DNA of 63,869 nt, the filler included, from Guillardia theta CCMP2712 (Eukaryota > Protista > Cryptophyta): assembly GCF_000315625.1 (NCBI RefSeq). It is 5 parts of 4 records of this genome, joined end to end, with 100 filler letters (N's around TTAATTAATTAA, not from the genome) between each part and the next. Parts side by side here need not be neighbours in the genome. Positions count along the whole stretch, not along the records: positions 10,095 to 21,459 come from NW_005434287.1; positions 21,560 to 48,372 come from NW_005434384.1; 3 more parts are not named here. One strand, written 5' to 3'. The notes beneath the pieces are model-generated. The model was not told where the DNA came from and did not search any database. It saw only the letters and a list, made by a program, of their open reading frames with translations. Made by a program: the position numbers and the translations under genes. Shown one piece after another: positions 12,190 to 24,579 of the stretch (the stretch's first letter is position 1; each line of letters opens with the position of its first letter).

Positions 12190-12760
12190 CGCATCCCCCC
12201 GCAGACAGGGAGTCTCGGACTTACAGCCTCCGAGGCTCCGTGAGTTACAGTGGGGGGCCGCGCGGCGGCGGCGGCCCGGCCCGGCCATTCATCCGGGAGT
12301 TCAACGGTTGCGTGCCCCAGCCCCGGGGGCCCCAGGCAGTGCCAGACTGAGATCTGAGTCGGATCGGACCCGCCGGCGGCCCGGCCGCCCGGGGCCGGCG
12401 GCGTCCGGACTCCCGGTCACCCGCCGGGGGGTATCGGACTTATCAGGCTCGAGTTGGAGTCTGGCAGTGGCCCGCAGCGGCCTAGCCCACGGTGGGCCCT
12501 ACTAGGCTCTCTTATTCCGAGTCACTGACTACACTGGCTGTACTACTACTAGGGCCGTACCGTAGTACAGTGAGCCTGGGCCGCCCGCGGCGGCTGGATC
12601 CGGGCCCCCGGCCGGGGCCCGGGGCCGGGCGGCCGGCCGCGGCGCCCCGGCGGCCGTGCGACGGTACTAGGGCCGTACCGTTACCCGCGTACTAGGCTAG
12701 GCTCCGGGCCCGGGGCGGGCCGGCCCGGCCGGGCTACCGTACACAGACTAGACTCTGACT
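12190..12760. promoter_or_regulatory. Very GC-rich, CCGG/GACTC/GTAC-dense upstream region (putative promoter zone)
   Basis: Directly upstream of the 12157 ATG; a similar block lies at ~9060-9420 upstream of the ART-ankyrin gene. Confidence 0.3.
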
Positions 12761-15183
12761 CTGTGAGAAAGTTTGCCCGGTTTCACCATCTCAACCGGGC
12801 CTGTCGGTCCGAGTCGCAAATTGCGACAAGGAGTGTTTTCGAAACAACAAGAAGAGATGATTTGACCATGGTCAAATGAAACCCCCATCCTTTCACGTGG
12901 TTTGACCCGAGGTTTGACCGCCGGCCGCCTGTTCAAACATTTGACCTTGATTTGACCAGTGCGCTCATGTCTTTTGTCTCCGACTGCCCACAGGACCAGG
13001 TGGGTGGTACCAGTACCCGGTAATTGTGAGTGAAAAGATGGGGTACAAATGTACAAATTGGTGTACCCCCACCAGCGTTGAAGAAGACCCGGTACATCTA
13101 TGGGTAGTACATAGAACCCACATAATTCCCCTAAATAAGACCGGTGGTATGATGGGGTGCAGGTCCCTGATTCTTTTCTGTGGGGGGTGGGGGTACCCCA
13201 AACAGGTGTGGGGTATGTGGCAGAAACATGGGGAACCGGTGATATGGAATCAATTGGCTTCCAAGGACGGGTGGTGAAAATTATTAGATTTCAGGGTATG
13301 GTAGGGTACTATTATATCTGGGTGGTTGCTGTAGCTCATAAAAATACAGGTGGGGTAGTCTCATTGAGGGGTCTGGACCCATATTTGATTATGAATTAAG
13401 TGGTACAATGATATTTGGGGAATTTCAAGCAGCAGGGTGGTATAAAGCTTGTGAAGATTGGATGAGGTGGGGTAGTTTAGGGGGAGTATTTACACACGGG
13501 GGTCAAGTGTGGACGGAAAGGGTCTCCCAGGGGGTAGGGTATTAAAAAGGTGGGTAGGGTGAGAAATTTTGTGGGTAGGGGTAGGGCCTGTCGGCCGATC
13601 GATGACCAAGAGCAAAGAATTGGATCGGATCCTTCACTTTGTGGGGTTATTTACTGCGAACAGTGGGTAGGGGTACTTTGGTACCCCGTATTTTCTCGAA
13701 ATGTTCTACTAATTGAAACCGGTGTATACTGAAATAGTAGGGGTACAGGACTTGGTGAACAATCTTTGTAGGGTGGGTAGAGAGGAGTACATGACCCACC
13801 CCCTTTAGCCTCCATGTTTCCTCCAATCTGCAGAAGCTGGGAGTACCCCACGGTATAGGCCCTCAATAATTGGAGAGACCCGGTAGGGTGGTTTTCATAT
13901 GCACCCCACCCTCAATCTTTACCACCCCCATGACTTTCGACTTTGCGAATGGATCAAACCCCTCCTTGGTACTATCTTTTCTGGGAAAAGTACCGGTATA
14001 TTTTCTCTCAAGTTTTACACCACTCGTTGTGGAGAACCACCCTACCCCATCCGAAGTAATGTACCACCCCTACTGTGCAAATATGGTCACTCCGACCAGT
14101 ACCCCACCCCTCCAATAGTGGACTCTTGCAAATCCCCATTCCCATGGGTGGGTAGTGGACCATGATGTTGCTTTGCCTGGTAGGGTACATGGATACACTC
14201 GGGTTGGAAAAATGGGGTGATGTTGATTAGATATGGGGTACTGAAGAGCAGGGTGGTTGGAAAGCTTACATTAAAGGGGTACGGTCAATGTAAGATAGGG
14301 TGAAGAGTGAGGACAGGGGTAATGTTGGAGGTGGGTATGATGAAAATATTTCTCAAGCTGAAATGACAATTGTATATTTTCAGAAATATTCCAAAAACAC
14401 GTATCAAAATTCGTCATTTGGATAGCGCATGTCAATTGTTCATGTTTATGCAACGGGTGGGTTCTTTTGTAGGACAGGGGGTACTCAGGTACGGTGGTGT
14501 CTGTGATAGACTCGTTGATATCGGGGTAGGGTAGTGATTGTAACTGGGTGGGGGGACTGAAGGTAGGGTTGAGGAGTGACGGCGGAGGGGGTGGGGTAAT
14601 GAGATAGAGGGGATGGTGATTTATTTAATATTGGAGTTTCACAAGGCTCGGAAAGGAGGACTGTGCTGGCGATGCAGTGAGCAAGCGAAGAGAAGAGTCA
14701 GAGGAAGAGGAAGAGGAAGAGGAACAACAGCAGAAGTGAAAGGAACAAGCACGAGCAGAACAGGTGAGAAGTACAAGGAGGCGAGGAGACGTACTGCTAG
14801 GCAAGGCTGCGGAGAGGATACGACAACGAAGACGTGCAGAGGAATCGAAGCAGGTTGAAGATCATAGCAAGGGTTTGAGATCACCTGGATGAACTAGAGA
14901 CAAGGGAGAGAAATTCTCGCATACAGAACGAAGAATCGAATAAGCTGCTATACCGGGGTCTATCTGGCATCGCACTTGACTTGCTAGAAGACTTGGTGGA
15001 ATCCTGCGACCCGTCACACCTCGGTGAAAGGATTACCAGGTCCTGACTGAGAAGCATTGCACAGATATCAGACCATAAGGAAGGGAACACTTGGAAGCAA
15101 ACAGAAAGGGGAATTAGATCCAACGATCCCTTTCAGTGGATAAGCGTTGAGCCATTTTCTCACTGGGGAACACAAGGACAGTA

Positions 15184-16392
15184 ATGCAGACTGCCCTTTT
15201 AAGAAACTCAACTGGGGCTTGCCTCCTAAAGCGACTGAAGCTAGTCAATCATAGGTCGAAGCAGTATCAGGCCTCTCAATGGTGCTACCTGTCCAACGTG
15301 CGAACGGTTCAGCGCCCTCTCAGGTTTCGATTCTTCCCGACCACCGCCACTAAGACTATCCTACCTACTGTGTCGCAATGGAAGGACTCAGGAAATACAG
15401 ACATGACGGAAAGGAGTGAGAGAGTCTCTGAGATACAGAAGGAGACGTACGATTCCCCTGCGCATGTGAGCAAGAGTCTGCAGTCTCTTGAGGGTCGAAT
15501 GCCTCAGTTCCTGTTCAACTCTGCAGCGGCAGGCATGGCGGCGGCACTTGTATACTGCAACGTGCATGTCCCAGAGGCAGCGCTTTCCATGGAGGTGTTT
15601 GATCAGATCCTGCGCAACATTCCGCTGGCAGCCACGTGCGCCATGATGGGAGATGCTGTTGCACAAGGAGTCGACCAGAGGCATCGAGGGGTGGCAGAGG
15701 TGAAGGTGGACTGGAACAGGCTACTGTCTGCTGGAGCTGTAGCTGGGCTGCTGCAGGGAGGAGGAACCACCATCTGGCTGTGCAACCTCAACATGCTGAT
15801 GCCGGGTAGCATGGTTGGGTTCGACTCGCTGTCAAAGTTCGGGGCGCTGATGGGGAAAGTCATTGTGGACTCGTACATCTGGGGGACCCTTACCAACACC
15901 TTCAACATCATCTTGCGGCGGCTCTGCGCCCGTGACTCGCTCGGCCATGCTGTCTCTCAGTGGAAGCGCAACATTGTCAACGTGACGGTGTCAGAGTTCA
16001 AGTTCTGGCCAGGATGGGGAGCGATGGTTTACGCATACGTCCCCGTCACAGAGCAGGTGAACGCGTTCGCGATCGGAGGCTTCATCTGGAGCGTCTACCT
16101 CAGCTGGGTGGCCAACAGCGTCCCTCAGGACAAGCTTGACGTCAGCATCAACAGAAGATACTCCCGTTACGGGTGTCCTGTCGGCCTCAAGTTACAGAAA
16201 CATCCTCGCTACACCCCAGCCGCAGTGTCCCTGCTCTCGAGCCAGGGGGGCTCTACTCTGCCTCCTCAGGTAAAGAACACAATCTTGGCACAGAGGATGA
16301 GCATGCAGCTGCTACGCAACGACAAGCATGCTCTGCCCGTGCCGAGCACCGGGCTGCCGCGGAGGAGGGGGACGGGTCCTCTCAAGTTGTGA
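15184..16392 (+). CDS. Mpv17/PMP22-family membrane protein, intronless
   Basis: Motifs GDAVAQ, DWNRL, KVIVD, FWP, YVP, WSVYLSW. Confidence 0.85.
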   Translation: MQTALLRNSTGACLLKRLKLVNHRSKQYQASQWCYLSNVRTVQRPLRFRFFPTTATKTILPTVSQWKDSGNTDMTERSERVSEIQKETYDSPAHVSKSLQSLEGRMPQFLFNSAAAGMAAALVYCNVHVPEAALSMEVFDQILRNIPLAATCAMMGDAVAQGVDQRHRGVAEVKVDWNRLLSAGAVAGLLQGGGTTIWLCNLNMLMPGSMVGFDSLSKFGALMGKVIVDSYIWGTLTNTFNIILRRLCARDSLGHAVSQWKRNIVNVTVSEFKFWPGWGAMVYAYVPVTEQVNAFAIGGFIWSVYLSWVANSVPQDKLDVSINRRYSRYGCPVGLKLQKHPRYTPAAVSLLSSQGGSTLPPQVKNTILAQRMSMQLLRNDKHALPVPSTGLPRRRGTGPLKL

Positions 16393-16486
16393 ATATGTGC
16401 AGAGTTGTAAAACATAGATGTAAATGTATGTAATATACACGCAGAAAGAAAGTTGCTCCTCACTTCATCGCCTTGTGCTCTTGTTC

Positions 16487-17358
16487 TCACGTCTCCATGG
16501 CGTCCTGCTTGTCAGCTGCCTCTGCTGGAGCCGTTCGGGCTCCTCCCACCCTCCTCATCACGATCTGATCCAAGTCAGGCGAACAAGGTCGAGGACGAGG
16601 AGGACGAGGAGGACGAGGAGGAAGAAGAGCAGACAACCTTCTTGCACGTCTTGCCTATGAGCTGGTAGGATGGAACGCGGTCCTCCGCCTGTTGTTCAGC
16701 TGGACTGTCGTTCATGTCAGACAAGAAGCAACAGGTTGAAAGCGCCACTCACCTGGTGCTGGAGCCGTTCTCTCCTGCAAAAATCAAATTGTTATCCACC
16801 ACCATCACATCTCCTCCTCCTCCATCATCACCACCACCGCAACCACCACCTATCACTGCTGATACTGCTACTAATCCCTCCTCCTCTGCCTCCTCCTCCT
16901 CCCCATCGTCCTGTGATGTTCGTCTTCCTGTCCATCTCTTTTTTCTTATCTTCCTCCTCGCCCCCTCCTCTTCAGCCCTCCTCCTCTTCAGCTTTCACCT
17001 TCGCTAGAGAAATAGAGGTGTGTCCCGATGACATACTCGTAGTGCCCTTCATACTCCCTGTCTCCGACGCGCAGGCACGGAGTTGGGGTGTCGAGATTCT
17101 GGACGAGGAGGATGAAAGTGAGTTGGAGGACGAGGAGAACGAGGACAAGGACAAGGACAAGGACAAGGACAAGGACAAGGACGAGGGCCAGGACGAGTAG
17201 AAGGAAGTGGAGAGTGAGCATGAAACTTCGGCGGCAAGGCAAGCACTTACCGAGAACAGCAAGGTCTCCGTGTCATCAATGGACTCGTTGGGATCCTCGA
17301 ACTCGATCGAGACGTCTGTGACGAAATCGTCCCCAGCTTGCTCGGAGCCCATGGAAAC
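16487..17358 (-). CDS. TFIIIC subunit 6 (tau55/Sfc7 triple-barrel)-like protein, multi-exon; 5' end not resolved
   Basis: Spliced exons give TLLFS|NLDTPTPCLRVGDREYEGHYEYVIGTHLYF..YQLIGKTCKK|IVMRR...MET*, matching the LDTxxP-G-YEG-GT-L-F pattern of this family. Confidence 0.65.
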
Positions 17359-17651
17359 CTGCGAATTCCAATGCCCAAGGTAAGTGAATGGAGGAGAGAG
17401 TGAGGAGAGGAGGAGGGGGGAAGGGGGGAGAAGGGAGAAGGCCTGCATTCTATACGTGATCCCCCCTTGTTGAAACATGCCATGGAACTTCTACAAGCTC
17501 TCGAATGCCATGTGGACCTGACTCCTCTACCTTCTTTGCGGACGGTCGTCTACGTTCTCTCCCTTTCTCCCTCCCTCCCTCCCTCCCTCCCTCCCTCCCT
17601 CCCTCCCTCTCCTTCCTGCTCGTAAATCCTCTTCCCTTCTACATTTCGCAG

Positions 17652-18368
17652 TGCGATGTCCTCATCCCCACTCATCTCTGTGCGAACTACAAGAGCGACA
17701 TGTGGAGCCTCGGCATCGTCCTCTACGAGATGTGCACGCTCAAGTGCCCCTTCGACGCCTCCAACCTCCATGGCCTCGTCCTCAAGATCATCCGAGGCGT
17801 CTACCAGCCCATCTCGCCGCACTTCTCTCCTCCTCTCAAGGCCCTGGTCGCGAGCTTGCTGCAGAAGGATCCGCGGAAGAGGCCGAGCATCAACGAGGTG
17901 CTTGCTCTGCCTTACTGCGTCGCCCGCATCTCCAAGTTCCTCGACGACAACGAGAGAAAGAAGGAGTTCGGGGAAGTGTCGGCTCCTAGCAAGCCGAAGC
18001 AGCCGGTTCCTGAGGACAGCAGGAACCCGACGGTTCCGAGCTCAAGGCCTCCTGCCGCTGCTTCCCCTGTAGACCCTCCCAAGTCCAAGGGCTCTGTCAG
18101 GCCTCGGCCCTCGGCATCGAAGCTCGGGGAGCTGACGTCAGGTCAGTCACGTCCTCGACCTCCAATCAACATGTTCGCCATGCCCTCGCTCAAGCCGACC
18201 AGGCCGGACGAGGGGAGGGAAAGGGCAGCAGAGGCGAAGCAGGAGCCCAAGAACTGGGATCGGATGGTGAGAGGAGGGCCGGGAGCAAGCAAGCCTGCCT
18301 CGTCCAAACCTGCCGGGACTGGACGAGCAGGCGGGGGAGGAAGTGCAGCAGCAGCAGCGATGGCAGGG

Positions 18369-18400
<32 letters not shown>

Positions 18401-19673
18401 GATCAAGGGACCTCTTGTGAGCCCGATGGTGAAGAGCGTACGAGGGAGTCAGAAACCTTCGCAGGTCAGCATCGAGAACGAGTTCCTGCGACTGAAGCGA
18501 CAGGCGGAGATCGAGCAGCGAGCCAAGGAGGCAGAGGCGAAGAGAGAAGCCCAGAGAGCTGAGATGATCCGCGTGAGGGACGCGATCAGGAGAAAGCAGC
18601 AGGAGGAGAGGAGGCTGGAGGACAGGAAGCAAGGGATCTCGACCCCTCCCGTCAAAGAGGCTGCTGGGGTAGCGGAGGAGAATCAGCCGACGGGGATCCA
18701 CATCTACACGAAGCCTTCTCCTCCTCCTCCCCTCCCTCCTGCAGTGCCCAAGGAAGACATCGCGTCGGAGGAGCGCAGGCAGATCTGGCAGGAGCAGCAG
18801 GAGGCGGCGGAGCGGAACAAGAGGAGGGCGGAGGGCAATCCCCCTCATGCCCGAGCGGAGACTCCGACGGAGAGCGGGGAGGAGAGAAAAGCTGCTGTGC
18901 TGGCGCGCAAAGAGCTGGAGCGGCAGAAGCAGAGGGAAGAGGAGGAGGAGGCGCTAAGGCAAGCGAGGGTGGCGACCTTCGAGGAGCGGAAGATGCTGAT
19001 GCAGAAGGCGCAGGAGAGGTTCACGACAGCTGATCAGGGCAAGGGAGCAGACAAAAAGGCGGACGAGGAGGAGGATGGGAAGGTCGGAGAGGAGGGGAAG
19101 AAGGAAGAGGATGATGGAGGAGAGGTGGGGAAGGAGGTGAACCCGAGTCAGGGAGGAGAGGATATGGCGCATTGGTCCGTGACGGAAGATTTCAATGGCG
19201 GCGAGGTCGAGGTCGTGAGCAGTGAAGAGCAGGAGGAGGAGGAGGAGGAGAGTGAGGAGGAGGAGGAGGAGGAGGAGGCAGAGGACGAGGACTACGGGGC
19301 CATGATCAAAGAGATGACGGCGCTCTTGTCCAAGGAAGACTCGCCCATCAAGCCGGTTCAGGTCGAGCGGTCGATGCGGGGGAACGAGGAGGAGGAGGAC
19401 GACGACGACCACGAGTTCCGTGGGGACGAGGACAAGGGGGAGGAGGAGGGATCGATCCACCAGAGGATCGAGGAGCTTCGGATGATCCTGGAGGAGAAGA
19501 TGGGGTTTGAGCGCTTCTTCCAGGCGTACCAGTACATGAAGGAGGTGAAGGGGGAGGACGAGGAGGATATGGTTTCCGACAAGATCACGGAGCTCATGGG
19601 CGAGGGTTTCCAGCAGCTCTTTCCCCTCCTCATGCAGCTCCTGGCGTGCGAGGAGAACACCTACGGCACTTGA
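17652..19673 (+). CDS. NIMA-related (NEK) kinase: subdomains IX-XI, coiled coil and C-terminal NEK1/4-type motif; N-terminal kinase part missing
   Basis: YKSDMWSLGIVLYEMCTLKCPFDASNLHGLVLKIIRG..LLQKDPRKRPSINEVL; C-terminal RIEELRMILEEKMGFERFFQAY. Confidence 0.85.
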
Positions 19674-19977
19674 TCCTCCACTGCGACCCGTACAACCCCT
19701 CGGGCTACTCCCTACTCCCTCCTCTGTCTCTTCCTCGTTCCCTCCCTCCTCCCTCCCTCCCTCCCTCCTTTCTCCCTCTTCCTCTTTCTCCCTCTTCCTC
19801 CTTCTCCTTCTCTTCCTCCTTCTCCTTCTCTTCCTCCTGCCTCTTTCTTCGCTTTCTTCCGCCTCTTTCTCTGTCTCTCTTCAATATTTGCATTATAACA
19901 TCGTCCTATTTACACCCCTGCGCGACACCCCAACCTTTCCTTTTACCCACCCACCCTGTTCCCCTCCGCCTATGACC

Positions 19978-20680
19978 CTATGGGTTTCTCAGCTCGTAGT
20001 ACTTGTTGTTCTGCCGCAAACTGTCAGCGGGGAGAGGCACAGCTGGAGTGGAGCTGGTCGGATACCTGAGGGTCCCAGTAGCAGTTCAGGATGGGGTCAT
20101 AGATGAGCTCCAGATCCTCCTCCTCCTCCTGCCGATGCCACGTAAGTCCCGACTTATCCAACCAACCTCCTCCTCCTCCTCCTCCTCAATCATCCTCCTT
20201 TTCATACTCCTCCTCCTCCTTCTCGTCGTTGTCGTTGTCGTCTATCTCCTCGGATTTCTCCTGCCATCTTCTTCTCTCTCTCCCTCCCTCTCCCTCTATC
20301 TCTATCTCTCATCGCTTCCTCTCTTTTCTCACCTCGTCATCTTCCCCTTGCGGTGAAATGCCGTACGCCTCCTCCTGTGCTTGCGCCGCAGCCTCTCTGC
20401 CATCTTGATACGGTTCACCCTGCCAGGCGCGTGTGAGAGTGAGAAAAGGAGGAGGAGGACGAGGAGAAGAAGGGAGGAGGAGGATCGTGAAGAAGATGAA
20501 AGGAGGGGAAGGAAGAGGGATGTGAGTATTTCACTTCGCGGCGCCGGAAGGAGGAGGTCAAGTGCATGTAGCCGACGTCGAAGGGAGAGGAGAGGTCCTG
20601 AGTGAGAAAGTGAGGGAGGGGGCAGAGGAGCTATGGAGTCAGAAGATCATGGCGCGATTCTGGAGAGATATTGAAAACGG

Positions 20681-20754
<74 letters not shown>

Positions 20755-21459
20755 CAGCAGCAGGCAGCAGCAGCAGCAGGCAGCAGGGACCTGCTGGCTA
20801 GGAGGGATGATGGGGGGGGTCGTTAGGCGGTCAACAGCGCTAAGCATCTTGTAGCCGTGCTGAGAGCTTGCCCACTGCAGCGCCTCCTCCTCCTTCTCCT
20901 TCCTCTCCTCTCTCTCCTCCCTCTTCCCCTCCTCCTCTTCCTCCGGCTCTCGTTTCTCCTCCCTCGGATCCTCTCCGAAGAAGTCCTGACCATCCTAGGA
21001 CCCTCGTCAGCTCATTTCCAGCTCGCCAAGAGGCCGCAAACTTCTCCAACGGGGCTGACCTTTGGTGTCTCGCTGGGCGACTCCGCGTCAAAGTCGGAAG
21101 GGGCTCGAAAGCTGTCCCGACCCAGGGAGTCCGCAAAGCGAACCTGCTGGAAGTTAGCTGGAAGTTGAGGGGGATGGAGGAGAGAGCAGAGCAGAGCAGG
21201 GAAGAGGAGGGGAGAGCAGAGCAGAGCAGAGAAGAGGAGGGGAGAGCAGAGCAGAGCAGGGAAGAGGAGAGAGGGAAGGGGGAGGGGCAACCTCCTTGAA
21301 GTCTCGATCGTCCTGCCCTGCCGCACCTGCTCGCCAACATCCTTTCAGTCTGCGCATCCTCCCAGCTCGCCTCCAGCACTCGCCCACCTCCCAGCGCGTG
21401 GAGGAATAGGGACTTCTCCGCCTCGCTCCTCTCCTCGGAGGTCTTGCCCCTCGCCCCCT
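19978..21459 (-). CDS. 3' exons of a CFAP20DC (C3orf67)-like protein
   Basis: Spliced C-terminus EEEDLELIYDPILNCYWDPQ|NNKYYELRNP*, matching the conserved LxYDPxLNCYxDPxxxKYYEL tail. Confidence 0.65.
20683..20787. repeat. (CAG)n microsatellite (another at 51838-52005)
   Basis: Direct observation. Confidence 0.95.
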
Positions 21460-21979
21460 NNNNNNNNNNNNNNNNNNNNNNNNNNNNNNNNNNNNNNNNN
21501 NNNTTAATTAATTAANNNNNNNNNNNNNNNNNNNNNNNNNNNNNNNNNNNNNNNNNNNNAGGGAGGGAGGGAGGGAGGGAGGGAGGGACGAGGGGGAGAG
21601 AGCGAGAGCGAGAGCGAGAGAGGGAGAGGTGGAGAGGGGAAGAGGGGGAAGGTGGAAGAAGTGAGCGCAGGAACAGGGAAGGCAAGGTGAAGGAGAAAGA
21701 GTCGGGAGGAGGGAAGGGAGCAGAGGATCGAAGTGTTTCATACATCTGTAGGTTAGAGGCAAGGGTTCTGATGCGCACTCATATTTGTGATCATGTGGTT
21801 GGAGAGACGGTGGGGCAGAGGGAGAGGCACGTACGGAAAGACAAGGAGTAAGGTGGGAGCAAGCGAAGTCCAATGTAGAGCAAGAGCAAGAGCAAGAGCA
21901 AGAGAGCTTTAAAGCATCGTCTCGTATCCTCACTGTCTGTCGTCAGGCTGCCATTGTCGGCCGCTACCGCAGAGCTGCC

Positions 21980-22277
21980 ATGCTGCAGGAGTACCTGGTG
22001 ATCCCCGTAGGCAGCAAGCTCTTCTCTCACCCCGGGGGCATGCCGGGCAACGGCTTTTCAGGGAGGGCGACGAACGAGGAGGACTACTCGGATCCCTACG
22101 GAGGAGGCGATCGCCCCGGACCCTATGGATACGTCAACGACCCTTATGACGGTGACTGGGCGCTCGGCCCTCTTGGAGGCAAAGCCATTGGCTTCCAGGT
22201 GAAGAGCTTGCCAACTCGTTCCCTCCTCTCTCCCCATCCTCCTCCTCTGTCTTGCTCCCCCCTCTCCTCTTCATGAT

Positions 22278-22308
<31 letters not shown>

Positions 22309-23619
22309 TATTCAGTTCCTCTTCCTGCACCTCTCCCGCGCTCGTTTTCCCCGTGATGGCTGTCCTCTGCCTCTCTGGCCTCCTTGTTCTCGCTGACTCA
22401 CCTGGACGTCTGTCAGTCTCTTCGTACCCGCAACCTCGTGCCCAACGCCGCGCAGCAGGACGTGAACATCTGGGGGGCCGAGCCAATGGGCACCAACAGC
22501 ATTTTCATGCCTCGTCTAACCGCCAAGGACGCCCAGGAGGCCAAGAGGTCGCGCGAGGAATCCATGAAGCGCCAGCAGTCGTGAGTCAACCTTCTTGATC
22601 CTGCTCCTCCCGCTCCTCTCCGCCCCCTCTCTCCTAGCTCCACTCTCCCGCTTCTTCCTGCTGCTCCTTCTTTCCTCTGTTTCTGTTCCTGCTCTTTGCT
22701 GCTTCTTCCTCGTTCTCCTCTCTGAATCTTTCTTTCCTCTGGTCCGTCTACTTCGCCTTCCCCCTCCTTTTTCTCTCCCTCACTTTCCTCCAGTGTTGCT
22801 CAGCCTCCTACCCCCGAGTGGGTCGGCACCAACGCTGCTTTCTTCGGAGCCAACGGAGGAGGAAACGGCTGGGCCCGCAAGAACAAGATCAACCACCGTC
22901 ACAAGAAAGCGCAGAAGGCCTTGAAGGCCAGGATGCAGGTCCTCCTCTCGCCCAGCTTTTCCTGCTGCTATCCCAGCTCCTCCTCCTCCTCCTCCTCCTC
23001 TTGTTTCTCATGTTGTGCTCTCAGACTCTCTTCCGCTCCGACGATCCTCAGGCTGCTGAGTACGGACTTGAGGGCGACAACCAGGTGCCACCTTGTCACA
23101 ATCCCCTACTGCCTTCACTCCCTCCCGTTCCTTCTCCAGCAGCCCCCCCTCCCCTTCCCTGCCCCTCATCGTGCTCCTCGGTCGTGCTCGATCTCACGCA
23201 GGAGCAGCTCAACGACGATGTTCTTCCCTCTGCCGTTGGATCCGGCGGTCCTGTCATCGGCGTCGACGGAGTTCCCAGCAACGAGGCGCACTCATGGGCC
23301 CACTACAACGATGTGAGAAGAACCTGCAACCTCTATGCTGCTGCTGCTGCTGCTGCTGCTCCCTCCTCCTCCTCCTCCTCCTCCCCTCCTTCTTCTTCTC
23401 CTCCTCGTCCTCGTCCTCGTGCTCCTTCGCCTCCTCGTCATCATCATCCATTCCGTCCTCCCTCTCTTGCACCTCCTTCTCCTCTCCTCCCAGCAGTCGC
23501 TCATCTCACGCTCTGGTCAGGCTCTCGACTTCAAGTGCTCTGACGACATCCTCGGATGCTCGGGAGGCCTCGAAGTTCCTGCCGAGTACGCCAACGACCT
23601 CAAAGGCGTCGACTACTAG
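21980..23619 (+). CDS. Hypothetical multi-exon protein (G/D/P/Y-rich)
   Basis: High-GC3 exons separated by pyrimidine-rich GT-AG introns; ends ALDFKCSDDILGCSGGLEVPAEYANDLKGVDY*. Confidence 0.55.
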
Positions 23620-23818
23620 AGCAGCTCATGCAGTAAATCCCGTACTTGCCTCCCCCTCCCCCTCCCCCTCCCCCTTCCTCCTCACCCATTACCAGCACCA
23701 GCAGCTTGGTCTCTCCCTCCTTCAGCTAATCCTTCGACTCGCTCGATTCTCACAGCATCTCTCATTTACTCGAGCTTGTCCTCCTCCCTCTTTTGTCCAG
23801 CTGCTGCTCAGCTCGGGC

Positions 23819-23974
23819 CTAGCAGTTGACGGGCCCGTAGCCGGGGACTTCATCCTTGTGGAGCATGTGAAAGCACCAGGGATAGTCAACGGACGCGAAG
23901 GGAGGGAAGAAGCCGAGGCGAGCGACCTGAAGCAGAAGCGAATGAGGGAGGGGAGCGAGGGGGGGGAGTGGGGG

Positions 23975-24007
<33 letters not shown>

Positions 24008-24539
24008 AGATGAGGGAGGGAGGGGAGGGGGGGAGGGAGGGGACGGAGGGAGGGAGGGTTTTTCACCATGAGTTCGAACGCGAGGCGACTGAAATGAGAA
24101 GCAAAGCTTCCAACGAAGAAATTGCCTTGAGAGAGGAGGAAGAGATCGATAAGAGCCGACTGAGTGATCTCCTGCAAGTACAACCGTCATAACGTCCTCG
24201 TCCTCGTCCTCGTCCTCCTCCTTCTCCTCCTCCTCACAAAAGCATCCGCCAACCCCAGCTGGGATCGAAACTCGAGGAACCAGTCGCCCTCCAGCACGCT
24301 TCTGTCAAAGTCCAGCTGCTTTTTCTCAGCTCGTGACCCGTCAGGCCTCCGACTTGCCTGAAAGAACTCGAGACGCTGCTCCCTGCTGGCGGCTGCTGCA
24401 ACCTGAAAGAAGATGAGAGAAAGATGATGATGACGATGATAATGATTGAGATAGTGATGACGATGATGATGATGATGATGACGACGACGACGACGACGAC
24501 GATGATGATGATGATGACGACGACGACGACGACGATGAC

Positions 24540-24579
<40 letters not shown>

